Origin: Eledone cirrhosa
Lineage: Eukaryota
Length of the DNA: 64,000 bases
Direction of reading: 5' to 3'
Assembly (NCBI GenBank): GCA_964016885.1
Contig: OZ024740.1
Location: forward strand, 419,182,001-419,246,000
Positions within the stretch are counted from its first letter, which is position 1. The number at the start of each line of letters is the position of its first letter. The position numbers were made by a program, and so were the translations under genes. Shown here one piece after another: positions 23,040-36,362 of this stretch. The notes under the pieces are model-generated. The model was not told the DNA's origin, did not search any database, and saw only the letters and a list, made by a program, of their open reading frames with translations.

Positions 23040-26000
23040 GTTGCCATTCTCATGTCACGCTAATAATTACACCAATGCACCCGCGCATAATTTGACAATG
23101 TAGAATGTCAGCACTTTATAGATAGGTGATGAAAATAGTTTGTATAGCGCCACTCAGCAGTGACAGGTTCTACCTGATCAGAGTTGTAGGTGTATCAAGA
23201 CAAATGACGCCGTTCCTAAGAAAAGTGTCAATATGACACCCTTTCCAAAAGACACTTTATTTATCAATAAGAACACGTATCAGACGTAATAAATTCAAAT
23301 CTACTTGAAAATTTGATCATTGTCCATGATTTCTGCCAATGGCTTGATATTCGTACGAGAGCGCAATCGACAAGCCATGAAATGAAACCAAAATCGTTAA
23401 TAAAATTAAAGTGAATAAACTTTTAGTTCCATTTTCTAGTCAACCCTATCGGACTCTAGTCTATACCAACACCCCAAAGCTTCCTTCCTTTTCAAGGCAC
23501 CAGGAATATTTAGCTGTTTCTATAGTAGGTCGAGCACAGTGGATTAGCAGAATCGCTAGAACTTCGAATAAAATGATTGCTTTACATTCTGAATTGAAAA
23601 TCCCGATCAATTTTGCTAGTTAATATTTCCAAGGTAGATAAAATAGGATACTAGTTAAGTACTGGAGTTGATTTGATATTCATATAAAGCATCCTAGAAG
23701 CGACGAATTATAAAAGGCAACTAACAAGACCACATAATTTCTCTAATTGACTCGTCGAATGAATTACTAAGTTTAGCGAGTGGTGAGGGTTCAGTTTTCA
23801 GAGGGAACTAATTGGAAGAGTCACCAGTAAGTATTCCTCCGGTGTTGTATGCACATGCGTGTAGGATAAACGTTAAACAAGCAGGCGACACTAACTCAGA
23901 CTTTCAGTAAGTTGTGCAATTCTGAATTTTTTGAAAAATCTTTTCACCTAATATTCGTTTTATATTTTTTCTCAAATTATTATGAATTATTATTTTCGTT
24001 TTCAAGTGATAATATCAGAGTTTAAAAAATATGTAAAATTGTTTTAATTTCTCAATTTCTGTTTGATATTATTTTTATACATAAAACTAAAACTGACATA
24101 GGGTTAAAAGTTTCTGAGCAAACAACACTAACTTTGTAAGACAATAGTTATTTTGACTATATCAACAAATGATAAAGTTTTTATTTTAAAGGAAAACTAC
24201 GGAAGTTTACTTCTTGTTTTTCTCGTTCGTTCTTCAAATCCATTAATATTTTGTGAATTTGTCCAAAGAAACTAAGACAATATTACTAAGGAAAACAGCT
24301 AAAGCCTGTTTTATATTAAAATAACCCACCAAAACTTGAAGTTATGAAAATAGCCACTTGTCACTCTTGGATGTCGTTTTGTTTTTATTCACAGAAAAAT
24401 AGATTTAAATTCCCGTCCTTACTTTTGTTGTATATTTTTTTCTGAAATAAAAGTGAAAATTGTTGAACCAGTCAAACTAAGCAACTATTGCACCATCAAT
24501 TCACCGACAAACAGTTTTATAATCTCTTTACTCGCCATCAGTCCAATATAGTTAAGTTCTTACAAGCGCCGCAAAGAACTCAGATTCATTCAACAGAAGG
24601 AAGCAAGTATGTTATATCCCGTTAATAGTTCTCCCAAGTGAATTAATGAGAGGAATTCTATGTGGTCGCTTGAATTGCTGGAAATAGCAGTCAAGTCTCT
24701 CTCAAATTACACCCTACCGTCCTAAAAAGAGGAAAGAGCACATTGGATCATGTAGTCCTTGATACTCTGAGCGCTTATTGGATCCTTATTTTTTGTTCGT
24801 TCTTTTCTTCACGTTGATTAATGTTTCGATAATTTGTCAAAGGAACTGAGAATATTGTTAAGGATATTATATTAAAACAATCCCCATCCAATATGGTTAT
24901 GGTTAGAACGAGGGAAAAGATGAATGCGTCATATTCCGTGTTTAGGACAAGATGGTCGTAGCTGGAGCGCCTTTGGCTACATGCCTGCGTGGCCAGAGTC
25001 TATCATAGACTAAACAGCAATGAGAGAACCTCTACACGATCCCTCGACATGCTAGAAATAGCAGGCACATTTTCAAATGGCATAACAAAAAAAGAAAGAA
25101 GATATCGAATAATGTAATCCTAGATAAAGTATGTCTGAATAAAAGGTGGGATGGTCACGGTTGTAACAGCTTTGGTCACACGTCCTACGCTCGATAGGAC
25201 TTCCTTGGCGGTGAACAACAGCCGAGTCACAATAACAGCATGCCAAAAAGATTGACCTCTATTCTACGTTTATAATTCCATCGTAATAAATTCTGTGAGA
25301 TTTGTTTTTCACTTTTTATTTTGAATATTATTTTCCTTGTTTGGTCCAGTAATTTAATGACCTCGTGGAATATCCATGTTAATCCATAAGCTTGTCATAT
25401 TCACTACTACTACTATTACTACTACCACTGCGGCTGTTCTTGTTACTGCTATTGTATATTTTATTAATACTATATATATTTCGTTTATAAACATTCAATA
25501 ACCAGCTGATCCAAACTGTTGATTAATCAGTGGAAATTGTTAGGGCTTTCAGTTTAGCTTGCTGTAAAAGTTTTCAGTTTCGCAAAAAAACTTTTGTTTC
25601 GCTTGCTATAACCAGCACTATCGTCCTGTACCGTCTTTAATGTATCCTTAATGTGAGCCCTTTGTGGCTAACAAAGAAAGCATTATTGAGTTCACACTAA
25701 CAATTATGAAAACGTACTATAACTACATTTCTATATTTCTGAAAAAAAAAAAAGCTTCCCTTTAAAAAGATCCCCTTTGACTAGTTAAGATTTACTTTTT
25801 ATTTATTTTCATTTCCACTTTTCACTTATTCGATCTGTATAGTCTCTGTATTGAAGTGTCAACATTTTAAAATAATGATTTCTTTGAACTTTGATTGAAA
25901 TTCCTGCACATTTTATTGCAACTCTCACTTTTTGAACGTATTAAATGTTTGGTGTCCTGCCTAAAAGTTCACTTTTTAATAGTTTATCAAGTAACTCTTG

Positions 26001-26200
26001 CATAACTTCCTGGTAGTCTGTATCAGTGGTTACAAAACTTATTTTATCAAAGTATCCTTATTACACTCTACGCCAACGAAAAATCCATACCCATATTTTA
26101 CAGACATCCTCACCATATTAATTTTAACAAGACATTAAATGAAACGAAATTTATTCATATAAAAAAAATACAGATATTTTTATTCAATTTTATTAAAAGA
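23040..26200 (+). promoter_or_regulatory. Putative ASCC3 promoter / non-coding first exon region
   Basis: CpG dinucleotides are locally retained against the CpG-poor gene bodies and there are few young repeats. Candidate donors GTAAGT occur at 23827 and 23907. The acceptor-like sequence immediately before the ASCC3 ATG implies an upstream exon. Confidence 0.45.
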
Positions 26201-28122
26201 CTTGTGGAACCCTTCTTCTCCCACTTATTCCTGAGAGGGTCGTTGGAGCAGAGTCCTCAAACTCTCCTTCCAGTGGGTCCTGTCAGAAGCAACTGATCCA
26301 GCTGGATATCCAAGTGAAACTAGCCAAGCTCATGGATATTATCCAACCATCTTGCTTGGGGTCTATCCCCAGGTCTCCTGTTGATTGGTTTTAGCTGTAA
26401 AATCTGTCCAGCAATTCTTTCCTAAGACATTCTAACTACATGTCCATAGTATCGGAGCTGTGATCTCTTAATTCGGAGAAGTAGCAGCTCTACCTGGAGT
26501 GACTCTGAACCCATTTTGCGACATACTAGCTTGTAATAAAGTGGGATGGGCTATCAAATTATATGGGCTTTTAATAAAATTGTACAGAATTAAAAATTCA
26601 AACTTCTAAGAAGAGAAGCGATAAATTTTACTATCATTACAAGATTTACTTGTCATCAAGTCTGTTTTGCTAAAAGTCTAAAGTTTGTCTCCAGCCCGGA
26701 AGCTCATCAGGCTGGTGCTTATCCTGATTTTCATGGCGTTAGGTGAATGAGAGTACAAGTCTCTCCCCTGGACAGGACACCAGTCTATCGCAGGGTTAAA
26801 ACCCTAGGTATTGCTGGTACTCATTTTCAGCTGAGCAAACTGGAGCAATGTGAAATGAAATATTTTGCTCAAGAACACAATACACAACCCAGTCCAGGTA
26901 TCAAACTCATGACATTATGATCGTATATCCAACATCACTAGGCCACGCACCTCCACATGGTTGTTTTACTAGCATATGAAATGGTTATTTAGCCCAGTTC
27001 ATCCCTTATTGAGTAACTTTATGATCAAAAGCATTTCAGCCGCAACCATTCCATTTCATCTCTCTTTATATCAAGAATATTGCCTTATGTACCCATTTTT
27101 AAGATGTTAAGGTATGATTTAGCTGCTCTATCTAGCAGGCCAGGCGACCACATGAGCTCCCTTAAATTGGTTATTTAGATTCCTCAGCCAAATCTAGATG
27201 AAATAGTTAAGAGTTTTGGTTCCTGCATCAGGAATCTATGAATGGGGAAGTTCAAGGAACATTTTGGATTATGTGGTGAATTGAGAGATCACAGCTTTGA
27301 TATTACAGGCATGTGGTTAGAATCTCTCGGGAATAAATAACTGGACAGATTTTATCGGCAAAACCATTTGGGTGGACCCTGAGCAAGATGGTTAGATAAC
27401 CTTAATTCTCCTGACTTAATCCTGCTTCACTAGGCTCCCACATTAGTCCCCCCACAACTTTCTTCCTCTTTTCCTATAACCTATGTCATGCCACTCCTCA
27501 CTCTCACATTCACAATTCACCTTCCCTCATCAATCTATGCCAACATCAAAAGCCATCTTTGGCAAATTTTCTACAGCTAGATGCCCTTCCTCACACAAAT
27601 CATAGCTCCAGCCCTAGGGAAGTTGTGTTGTTGACCCAACTGAAGAGTTCTCTGAACCCTTTGCCCATGGTTTCTATGGTTGAATGCCCTTCCTAACACC
27701 AACCACTTTACAGAATGTACTGTGTACTTTATCATAACATCAGCACTACATCAGTGACTGGTTATTGATTTGACTAAAGAGTCATCTGTACTGTTATTGT
27801 TACTGATTGAATGTCAGCTTTCACAGAGTCCACTAATTATATACTATATTACATAGCTCCAAAGCTATATAATAAATTATATACCACTATTACTACTATT
27901 AAATTCATTCACTTCTTTGCAGTGACATGATAAAACCTTTCCATCCCACACAATCCAACATTAACTGCCTCAGTTCTTCACCAGATAATCCTGTATCTTC
28001 CTCTGACTATCTTTAATGTCTTAAGAGGTCTTCCATGTTTGTGATTCACATTAATAGGCTCCCATAGTAGAAGTTTTGTAGCAGGTTCGTTGCCTCTCAT
28101 GACATGACCTGCAAGTCAAAGA

Positions 28123-31100
28123 CACCTGACATGGATGGTATGGCTAATGGAAGAGGGGGGCACCTGACATGGGTGGTATGGCTAATGGAGGAAGGGGCCA
28201 CCTGACATGGATGGTATGGTTAATGGAGGAGGGGGCACCTGACATGGGTGGTATGGCTAATGGAGGAGGTGGTATGGCTAATGGAGGAGGGGGGGCACCT
28301 GGCATGGATGGTATGGTTAATAGGGAGGGGGGGGCACCTGACATGGATGGTATGGCTAATGGAGGAGGGGGCCACCTGACATGGGTGGTATGGCTAATGG
28401 AGGAGGGGGCCACCTGACATGGATGGTATGGCTAATGGAGGAGGGGGGCACTTGACATGGGTGGTATGGCTAATGGAGGAGGAGGGCACCTGACATGGAT
28501 GGTATGGCTAATGGAGGAGGGGGGCACCTGACATGGGTGGTATGGCTAATGGAGGAGGGGGGCACCTGACATGGGTGGTATGGCTAATGGAGGAGGGGGG
28601 CACCTGACATGGGTGGTATGGCTAATAGAGGAGGGGGGCACCTGACATGGGTGGTATGGCTAATAGAGGAGGGGGGCACCTGACATGGGTGGTATGGCTA
28701 ATGGAGGAGGAGGGCACCTGACATGGGTGGTATGGCTAATGGAGGAGGGGGCCACCTGACATGGATGGTATGGCTAATGGAGGAGGGGGGCACTTGACAT
28801 GGGTGGTATGGCTAATGGAGGAGGGGGCCACCTGACATGGGTGGTATGGCTAATGGAGGAGGAGGGCACCTGACATGGATGGTATGGCTAATGGAGGAGG
28901 GAGGCACCTGACATGGATGGTATGGCTAATGGAGGAGGGGGCCACCTGACATGGATGGTATGGCTAATGGAGGAGGAGGGCACCTGACATGGATGGTATG
29001 GCTAATGGAGGAGGGAGGCACCTGACATGGGTGGTATGGCTAATGGAGGAGGGGGCCACCTGACATGGATGGTATGGCTAATGGAGGAGGAGGGCACCTG
29101 ACATGGATGGTATGGCTAATGGAGGAGGGAGGCACCTGACATGGATGGTATGGCTAATGGAGGAGGAGGGCACCTGACATGGATGGTATGGCTAATAGAG
29201 GAGGGGGGCACCTGACATGGGTGGTATGGCTAATGGAGGAGGGGGCCACCTGACATGGATGGTATGGCTAATGGAGGAGGAGGGCACCTGACATGGATGG
29301 TATGGCTAATGGAGGAGGGAGGCACCTGACATGGATGGTATGGCTAATGGAGGAGGAGGGCACCTGACATGGATGGTATGGCTAATAGAGGAGGGGGGCA
29401 CCTGACATGGGTGGTATGGCTAATGGAGGAGGGGGCCACCTGATATGGATGGTATGGCTAATGGAGGAGGGGGCCACTTGACATGGATGGTATGGCTAAT
29501 GGAGGAGGGGGGCACTTGACATGGGTGGTATGGCTAATGGAGGAGGGGGCCACTTGACATGGATGGTATGGCTAATGGAGGAGGGGGCCACTTGACATGG
29601 ATGGTATGGCTAATGGAGGAGGGGGCCACTTGACATGGGTGGTATGGCTAATGGAGGAGGGGGCCACTTGACATGGGTGGTATGGCTAATGGAGGAGGGG
29701 GCCACTTGACATGGATGGTATGGCTAATGGAGGAGGGGGCCACTTGACATGGGTGGTATGGCTAATGGAGGAGGGGGCCACTTGACATGGATGGTATGGC
29801 TAATGGAGGAGGGGGCCACTTGACATGGGTGGTATGGCTAATGGAGGAGGGGGCCACTTGACATGGGTGGTATGGCTAATGGAGGAGGGGGCCACCTGAC
29901 ATGGATGGTATGGCTAATGGAGGAGGGGGCCACTTGACATGGATGGTATGGCTAATGGAGGAGGGGGGCACTTGACATGGGTGGTATGGCTAATGGAGGA
30001 GGGGGCCACTTGACATGGGTGGTATGGCTAATGGAGGAGGGGGCCACTTGACATGGATGGTATGGCTAATAGAGGAGGGGGCCACTTGACATGGGTGGTA
30101 TGGCTAATGGAGGAGGGGGCCACTTGACATGGATGGTATGGCTAATGGAGGAGGGGGCCACCTGACATGGGTGGTATGGCTAATGGAGGAGGGGGCCACC
30201 TGACATGGATGGTATGGCTAATGGAGGAGGGGGGCACTTGACATGGATGGTATGGCTAATGGAGGAGGGGGGCACCTGACATGGATGGTATGGCTAATGG
30301 AGGAGGGGGGCACTTGACATGGATGGTATGGCTAATGGAGGAGGAGGGCACCTGACATGGATGGTATGGCTAATGGAGGAGGGGGCCACCTGACATGGAT
30401 GGTATGGCTAATGGAGGAGGGGGGCACCTGACATGGGTGGTATGGCTAATGGAGGAGGAGGGCACCTGACATGGATGGTATGGCTAATAGAGGAGGGGGG
30501 CACCTGACATGGGTGGTATGGCTAATGGAGGAGGGGGCCACCTGACATGGATGGTATGGCTAATGGAGGAGGAGGGCACCTGACATGGATGGTATGGCTA
30601 ATGGAGGAGGAGGGCACCTGACATGGATGGTATGGCTAATGGAGGAGGGGGCCACCTGACATGGGTGGTATGGCTAATGGAGGAGGGGGGCACCTGACAT
30701 GGGTGGTATGGCTAATGGAGGAGGAGGGCACCTGACATGGATGGTATGGCTAATAGAGAAGGGGGCCACCTGACATGGATGGTATGGCTAATAGAGGAGG
30801 GGGGCACCTGACATGGGTGGTATGGCTAATGGAGGAGGGGGCCACCTGACATGGATGGTATGGCTAATGGAGGAGGAGGGCACCTGACATGGATGGTATG
30901 GCTAATGGAGGAGGAGGGCACCTGACATGGGTGGTATGGCTAATAGAGAAGGGGGGCACCTGACATGGGTGGTATGGCTAATAGAGGAGGGGGGCACCTG
31001 ACATGGGTGGTATGGCTAATGGAGGAGGGGGGCACCTGACATGGGTGGTATGGCTAATGGAGGAGGGAGGCACCTGACATGGATGGTATGGCTAATGGAG

Positions 31101-34100
31101 GAGGAGGGCACTTGACATGGATGGTATGGCTAATAGAGGAGGGGGGCACCTGACATGGATGGTATGGCTAATGGAGGAGGGAGGCACCTGACATGGATGG
31201 TATGGCTAATGGAGGAGGGAGGCACCTGACATGGGTGGTATGGCTAATGGAGGAGGAGGCCACCTGACATGGATGGTATGGCTAATAGAGGAGGGGGGCA
31301 CTTGACATGGGTGGTATGGCTAATGGAGGAGGGAGGCACCTGACATGGGTGGTATGGCTAATAGAGGAGGGGGGCACCTGACATGGGTGGTATGGCTAAT
31401 GGAGGAGGGAGGCACCTGACATGGATGGTATGGCTAATGGAGGAGGGGGGCACTTGACATGGATGGTATGGCTAATGGAGGAGGGAGGCACCTGACATGG
31501 GTGGTATGGCTAATAGAGGAGGGGGGCACCTGACATGGGTGGTATGGCTAATGGAGGAGGGAGGCACCTGACATGGATGGTATGGCTAATGGAGGAGGGG
31601 GGCACTTGACATGGATGGTATGGCTAATGGAGGAGGGAGGCACCTGACATGGGTGGTATGGCTAATAGAGGAGGGGGGCACCTGACATGGGTGGTATGGC
31701 TAATGGAGGAGGGAGGCACCTGACATGGATGGTATGGCTAATGGAGGAGGAGGGCACTTGACATGGATGGTATGGCTAATGGAGGAGGAGGGCACCTGAC
31801 ATGGATGGTATGGCTAATGGAGGAGGGGGCCACCTGACATGGGTGGTATGGCTAATAGAGGAGGGGGGCACTTGACATGGATGGTATGGCTAATGGAGGA
31901 GGGAGGCACCTGACATGGGTGGTATGGCTAATAGAGGAGGGGGGCACCTGACATGGGTGGTATGGCTAATGGAGGAGGGGGCCACCTGACATGGATGGTA
32001 TGGCTAATGGAGGAGGAGGGCACTTGACATGGATGGTATGGCTAATGGAGGAGGAGGGCACCTGACATGGATGGTATGGCTAATGGAGGAGGGGGCCACC
32101 TGACATGGATGGTATGGCTAATGGAGGAGGGGGCCACCTGACATGGATGGTATGGCTAATGGAGGAGGGAGGCACCTGACATGGATGGTATGGCTAATGG
32201 AGGAGGGGGGCACCTGACATGGATGGTATGGCTAATGGAGGAGGAGGGCACTTGACATGGATGGTATGGCTAATGGAGGAGGGGGGCACCTGACATGGAT
32301 GGTATGGCTAATGGAGGAGGGGGGCACCTGACATGGATGGTATGGCTAATGGAGGAGGAGGGCACTTGACATGGATGGTATGGCTAATGGAGGAGGGGGG
32401 CACCTGACATGGATGGTATGGCTAATGGAGGAGGAGGGCACCTGACATGGATGGTATGGCTAATGGAGGAGGAGGGCACTTGACATGGATGGTATGGCTA
32501 ATAGAGGAGGGGGGCACCTGACATGGGTGGTATGGCTAATGGAGGAGGGAGGCACCTGACATGGATGGTATGGCTAATGGAGGAGGGGGGCACTTGACAT
32601 GGGTGGTATGGCTAATGGAGGAGGGAGGCACCTGACATGGATGGTATGGCTAATGGAGGAGGGGGCCACCTGACATGGATGGTATGGCTAATGGAGGAGG
32701 AGGGCACTTGACATGGATGGTATGGCTAATAGAGGAGGGGGGCACCTGACATGGGTGGTATGGCTAATGGAGGAGGGAGGCACCTGACATGGATGGTATG
32801 GCTAATGGAGGAGGGGGGCACTTGACATGGGTGGTATGGCTAATGGAGGAGGGAGGCACCTGACATGGATGGTATGGCTAATGGAGGAGGGGGGCACTTG
32901 ACATGGGTGGTATGGCTAATGGAGGAGGGAGGCACCTGACATGGATGGTATGGCTAATGGAGGAGGGGGGCACCTGACATGGGTGGTATGGCTAATGGAG
33001 GAGGGGGGCACCTGACATGGATGGTATGGCTAATGGAGGAGGAGGGCACTTGACATGGATGGTATGGCTAATGGAGGAGGGGGCCACCTGACATGGATGG
33101 TATGGCTAATGGAGGAGGGGGCCACCTGACATGGATGGTATGGCTAATGGAGGAGGAGGGCACTTGACATGGATGGTATGGCTAATAGAGGAGGGGGGCA
33201 CCTGACATGGGTGGTATGGCTAATGGAGGAGGGGGGCACCTGACATGGATGGTATGGCTAATGGAGGAGGAGGGCACTTGACATGGATGGTATGGCTAAT
33301 GGAGGAGGAGGGCACCTGACATGGGTGGTATGGCTAATAGAGGAGGGAGGCACCTGACATGGATGGTATGGCTAATGGAGGAGGGGGGCACCTGACATGG
33401 GTGGTATGGCTAATAGAGGAGGGGGGCACCTGACATGGGTGGTATGGCTAATGGAGGAGGAGGGCACCTGACATGGGTGGTATGGCTAATGGAGGAGGAG
33501 GCACCTGACATGGGTGGTATGGCTAATGGAGGAGGGGGGCACCTGACATGGGTGGTATGGCTAATGGAGGAGGAGGGCACCTGACATGGGTGGTATGGCT
33601 AATGGAGGAGGGGGCCACCTGACATGGATGGTATGGCTAATGGAGGAGGAGGGCACTTGACATGGATGGTATGGCTAATGGAGGAGGGGGCCACCTGACA
33701 TGGGTGGTATGGCTAATGGAGGAGGGGGGCACTTGACATGGGTGGTATGGCTAATAGAGGAGGGGGGCACCTGACATGGGTGGTATGGCTAATGGAGGAG
33801 GGGGCCACCTGACATGGATGGTATGGCTAATGGAGGAGGAGGGCACTTGACATGGATGGTATGGCTAATGGAGGAGGGGGCCACCTGACATGGGTGGTAT
33901 GGCTAATGGAGGAGGGGGGCACCTGACATGGGTGGTATGGCTAATAGAGGAGGGGGGCACCTGACATGGGTGGTATGGCTAATGGAGGAGGAGGGCACCT
34001 GACATGGATGGTATGGCTAATGGAGGAGGGGGCCACCTGACATGGATGGTATGGCTAATGGAGGAGGGGGCCACCTGACATGGATGGTATGGCTAATGGA

Positions 34101-35828
34101 GGAGGGAGGCACCTGACATGGATGGTATGGCTAATGGAGGAGGGGGCCACCTGACATGGATGGTATGGCTAATGGAGGAGGAGGGCACCTGACATGGGTG
34201 GTATGGCTAATAGAGGAGGGGGGCACCTGACATGGGTGGTATGGCTAATAGAGGAGGGAGGCACCTGACATGGATGGTATGGCTAATGGAGGAGGAGGGC
34301 ACCTGACATGGATGGTATGGCTAATGGAGGAGGGGGCCACCTGACATGGATGGTATGGCTAATGGAGGAGGGGGCCACCTGACATGGATGGTATGGCTAA
34401 TGGAGGAGGGGGCCACCTGACATGGATGGTATGGCTAATGGAGGAGGGGGGCACTTGACATGGATGGTATGGCTAATGGAGGAGGAGGGCACCTGACATG
34501 GATGGTATGGCTAATGGAGGAGGAGGGCACCTGACATGGATGGTATGGCTAATGGAGGAGGGGGCCACCTGACATGGGTGGTATGGCTAATGGAGGAGGG
34601 GGGCACCTGACATGGATGGTATGGCTAATGGAGGAGGGGGCCACCTGACATGGGTGGTATGGCTAATGGAGGAGGGGGGCACCTGACATGGATGGTATGG
34701 CTAATGGAGGAGGGGGGCACTTGACATGGATGGTATGGCTAATGGAGGAGGGAGGCACCTGACATGGGTGGTATGGCTAATAGAGGAGGGGGCCACCTGA
34801 CATGGATGGTATGGCTAATGGAGGAGGGGGCCACCTGACATGGATGGTATGGCTAATGGAGGAGGAGGGCACCTGACATGGATGGTATGGCTAATGGAGG
34901 AGGAGGGCACTTGACATGGATGGTATGGCTAATGGAGGAGGGGGGCACCTGACATGGATGGTATGGCTAATGGAGGAGGGGGCCACCTGACATGGATGGT
35001 ATGGCTAATGGAGGAGGGGGCCACCTGACATGGATGGTATGGCTAATGGAGGAGGGGGCCACCTGACATGGATGGTATGGCTAATGGAGGAGGGGGCCAC
35101 CTGACATGGATGGTATGGCTAATGGAGGAGGGGGCCACCTGACATGGATGGTATGGCTAATGGAGGAGGGGGCCACCTGACATGGATGGTATGGCTAATG
35201 GAGGAGGGGGCCACCTGACATGGATGGTATGGCTAATGGAGGAGGGGGCCACCTGACATGGATGGTATGGCTAATGGAGGAGGGAGGCACCTGACATGGA
35301 TGGTATGGCTAATGGAGGAGGGAGGCACCTGACATGGATGGTATGGCTAATGGAGGAGGGGGCCACCTGACATGGATGGTATGGCTAATGGAGGAGGAGG
35401 GCACCTGACATGGATGGTATGGCTAATGGAGGAGGGGGCCACCTGACATGGATGGTATGGCTAATGGAGGAGGGGGGCACTTGACATGGATGGTATGGCT
35501 AATGGAGGAGGAGGGCACCTGACATGGGTGGTATGGCTAATGGAGGAGGGAGGCACCTGACATGGGTGGTATGGCTAATGGAGGAGGGGGGCACCTGACA
35601 TGGATGGTATGGCTAATGGAGGAGGAGGGCACCTGACATGGGTGGTATGGCTAATAGAGGAGGGGGCCACCTGACATGGATGGTATGGCTAATAGAGGAG
35701 GGGGGCACCTGACATGGATGGTATGGCTAATGGAGGAGGAGGGCACCTGACATGGATGGTATGGCTAATGGAGGAGGGGGGCACCTGACATGGATGGTAT
35801 GGCTAATAGGGAGGGGGGCACCTGACAT
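28123..35828 (+). repeat. 38-bp G-rich minisatellite, about 203 copies (consensus CACCTGACATGGATGGTATGGCTAATGGAGGAGGGGGC)
   Basis: The register recurs every 1140 bp (30 units) at 28981, 30121, 31261 and 32401; 7706 bp in total. Confidence 0.99.
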
Positions 35829-35872
35829 TATTAAGGCTAAAAAGTGAGTCTCGTTACTCTGGAGTTTCACCT

Positions 35873-35926
35873 GTTTATCACAGGGCTATCAGACAAGAGT
35901 TCTTGTCTGATAGCCCTGTAATAAAC
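35873..35926. repeat. 54-bp near-perfect loop-less palindrome
   Basis: gtttat-c-acagggctatcagacaaga-gt-tcttgtctgatagccctgt-a-ataaac. Confidence 0.95.
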
Positions 35927-36106
35927 TTTACTTTGGTATTGAGTATTCCTTTCTATCAGCTGTCGACCACATATGGATATATATATATATATATTTCTCC
36001 TGTGTTCAGTTATATGATAAACGAATTTTTTGTAAATATAAGTTAGAAAATTTTCATTATTTGATTGATTCATTTTACTGAATAAAAATGATTTTATTTT
36101 CAACAG

Positions 36107-36362
36107 ATGGCTTCTGTTGCCTGTGATACACTTCCACGTTTGAGTAGTGCATTGAGAGCCTTCTCCAATGTTTCTGCTGAAGTGTCAACATATGATAAAA
36201 GAAACAGAGAATTATTCAGCAAAAGGCTGCGAAGGGCCAAAGAACAGAACGAAGAAGAAAGTTGGTCAAAGCTAGTTACTTATATAAAGAAAAATGCCAT
36301 TGTTGACCAAGCAGAATTGCAAACATCTTTAAAAGAACTTAAAGACAGAGCAAGAGATATTG
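36107..36362 (+). CDS. ASCC3: ASCC3 first coding exon (ATG immediately after a splice acceptor)
   Basis: ttttcaacag|ATG; donor g|gtaaat; [22 protein letters not shown]... Confidence 0.9.

Noticed and set aside
28123-35828. CRISPR array or formin FH1-like Pro-rich coding region (ORFs 28144-28413, 28169-28417)
   Set aside because: The units are contiguous with no unique spacers and there are no cas genes. 38 bp is not a multiple of 3 and both strands hit stops (TGA/TAA on plus, TAG on minus) within a few units, so the PPPPLAIPPMSG peptide is a translation artefact.
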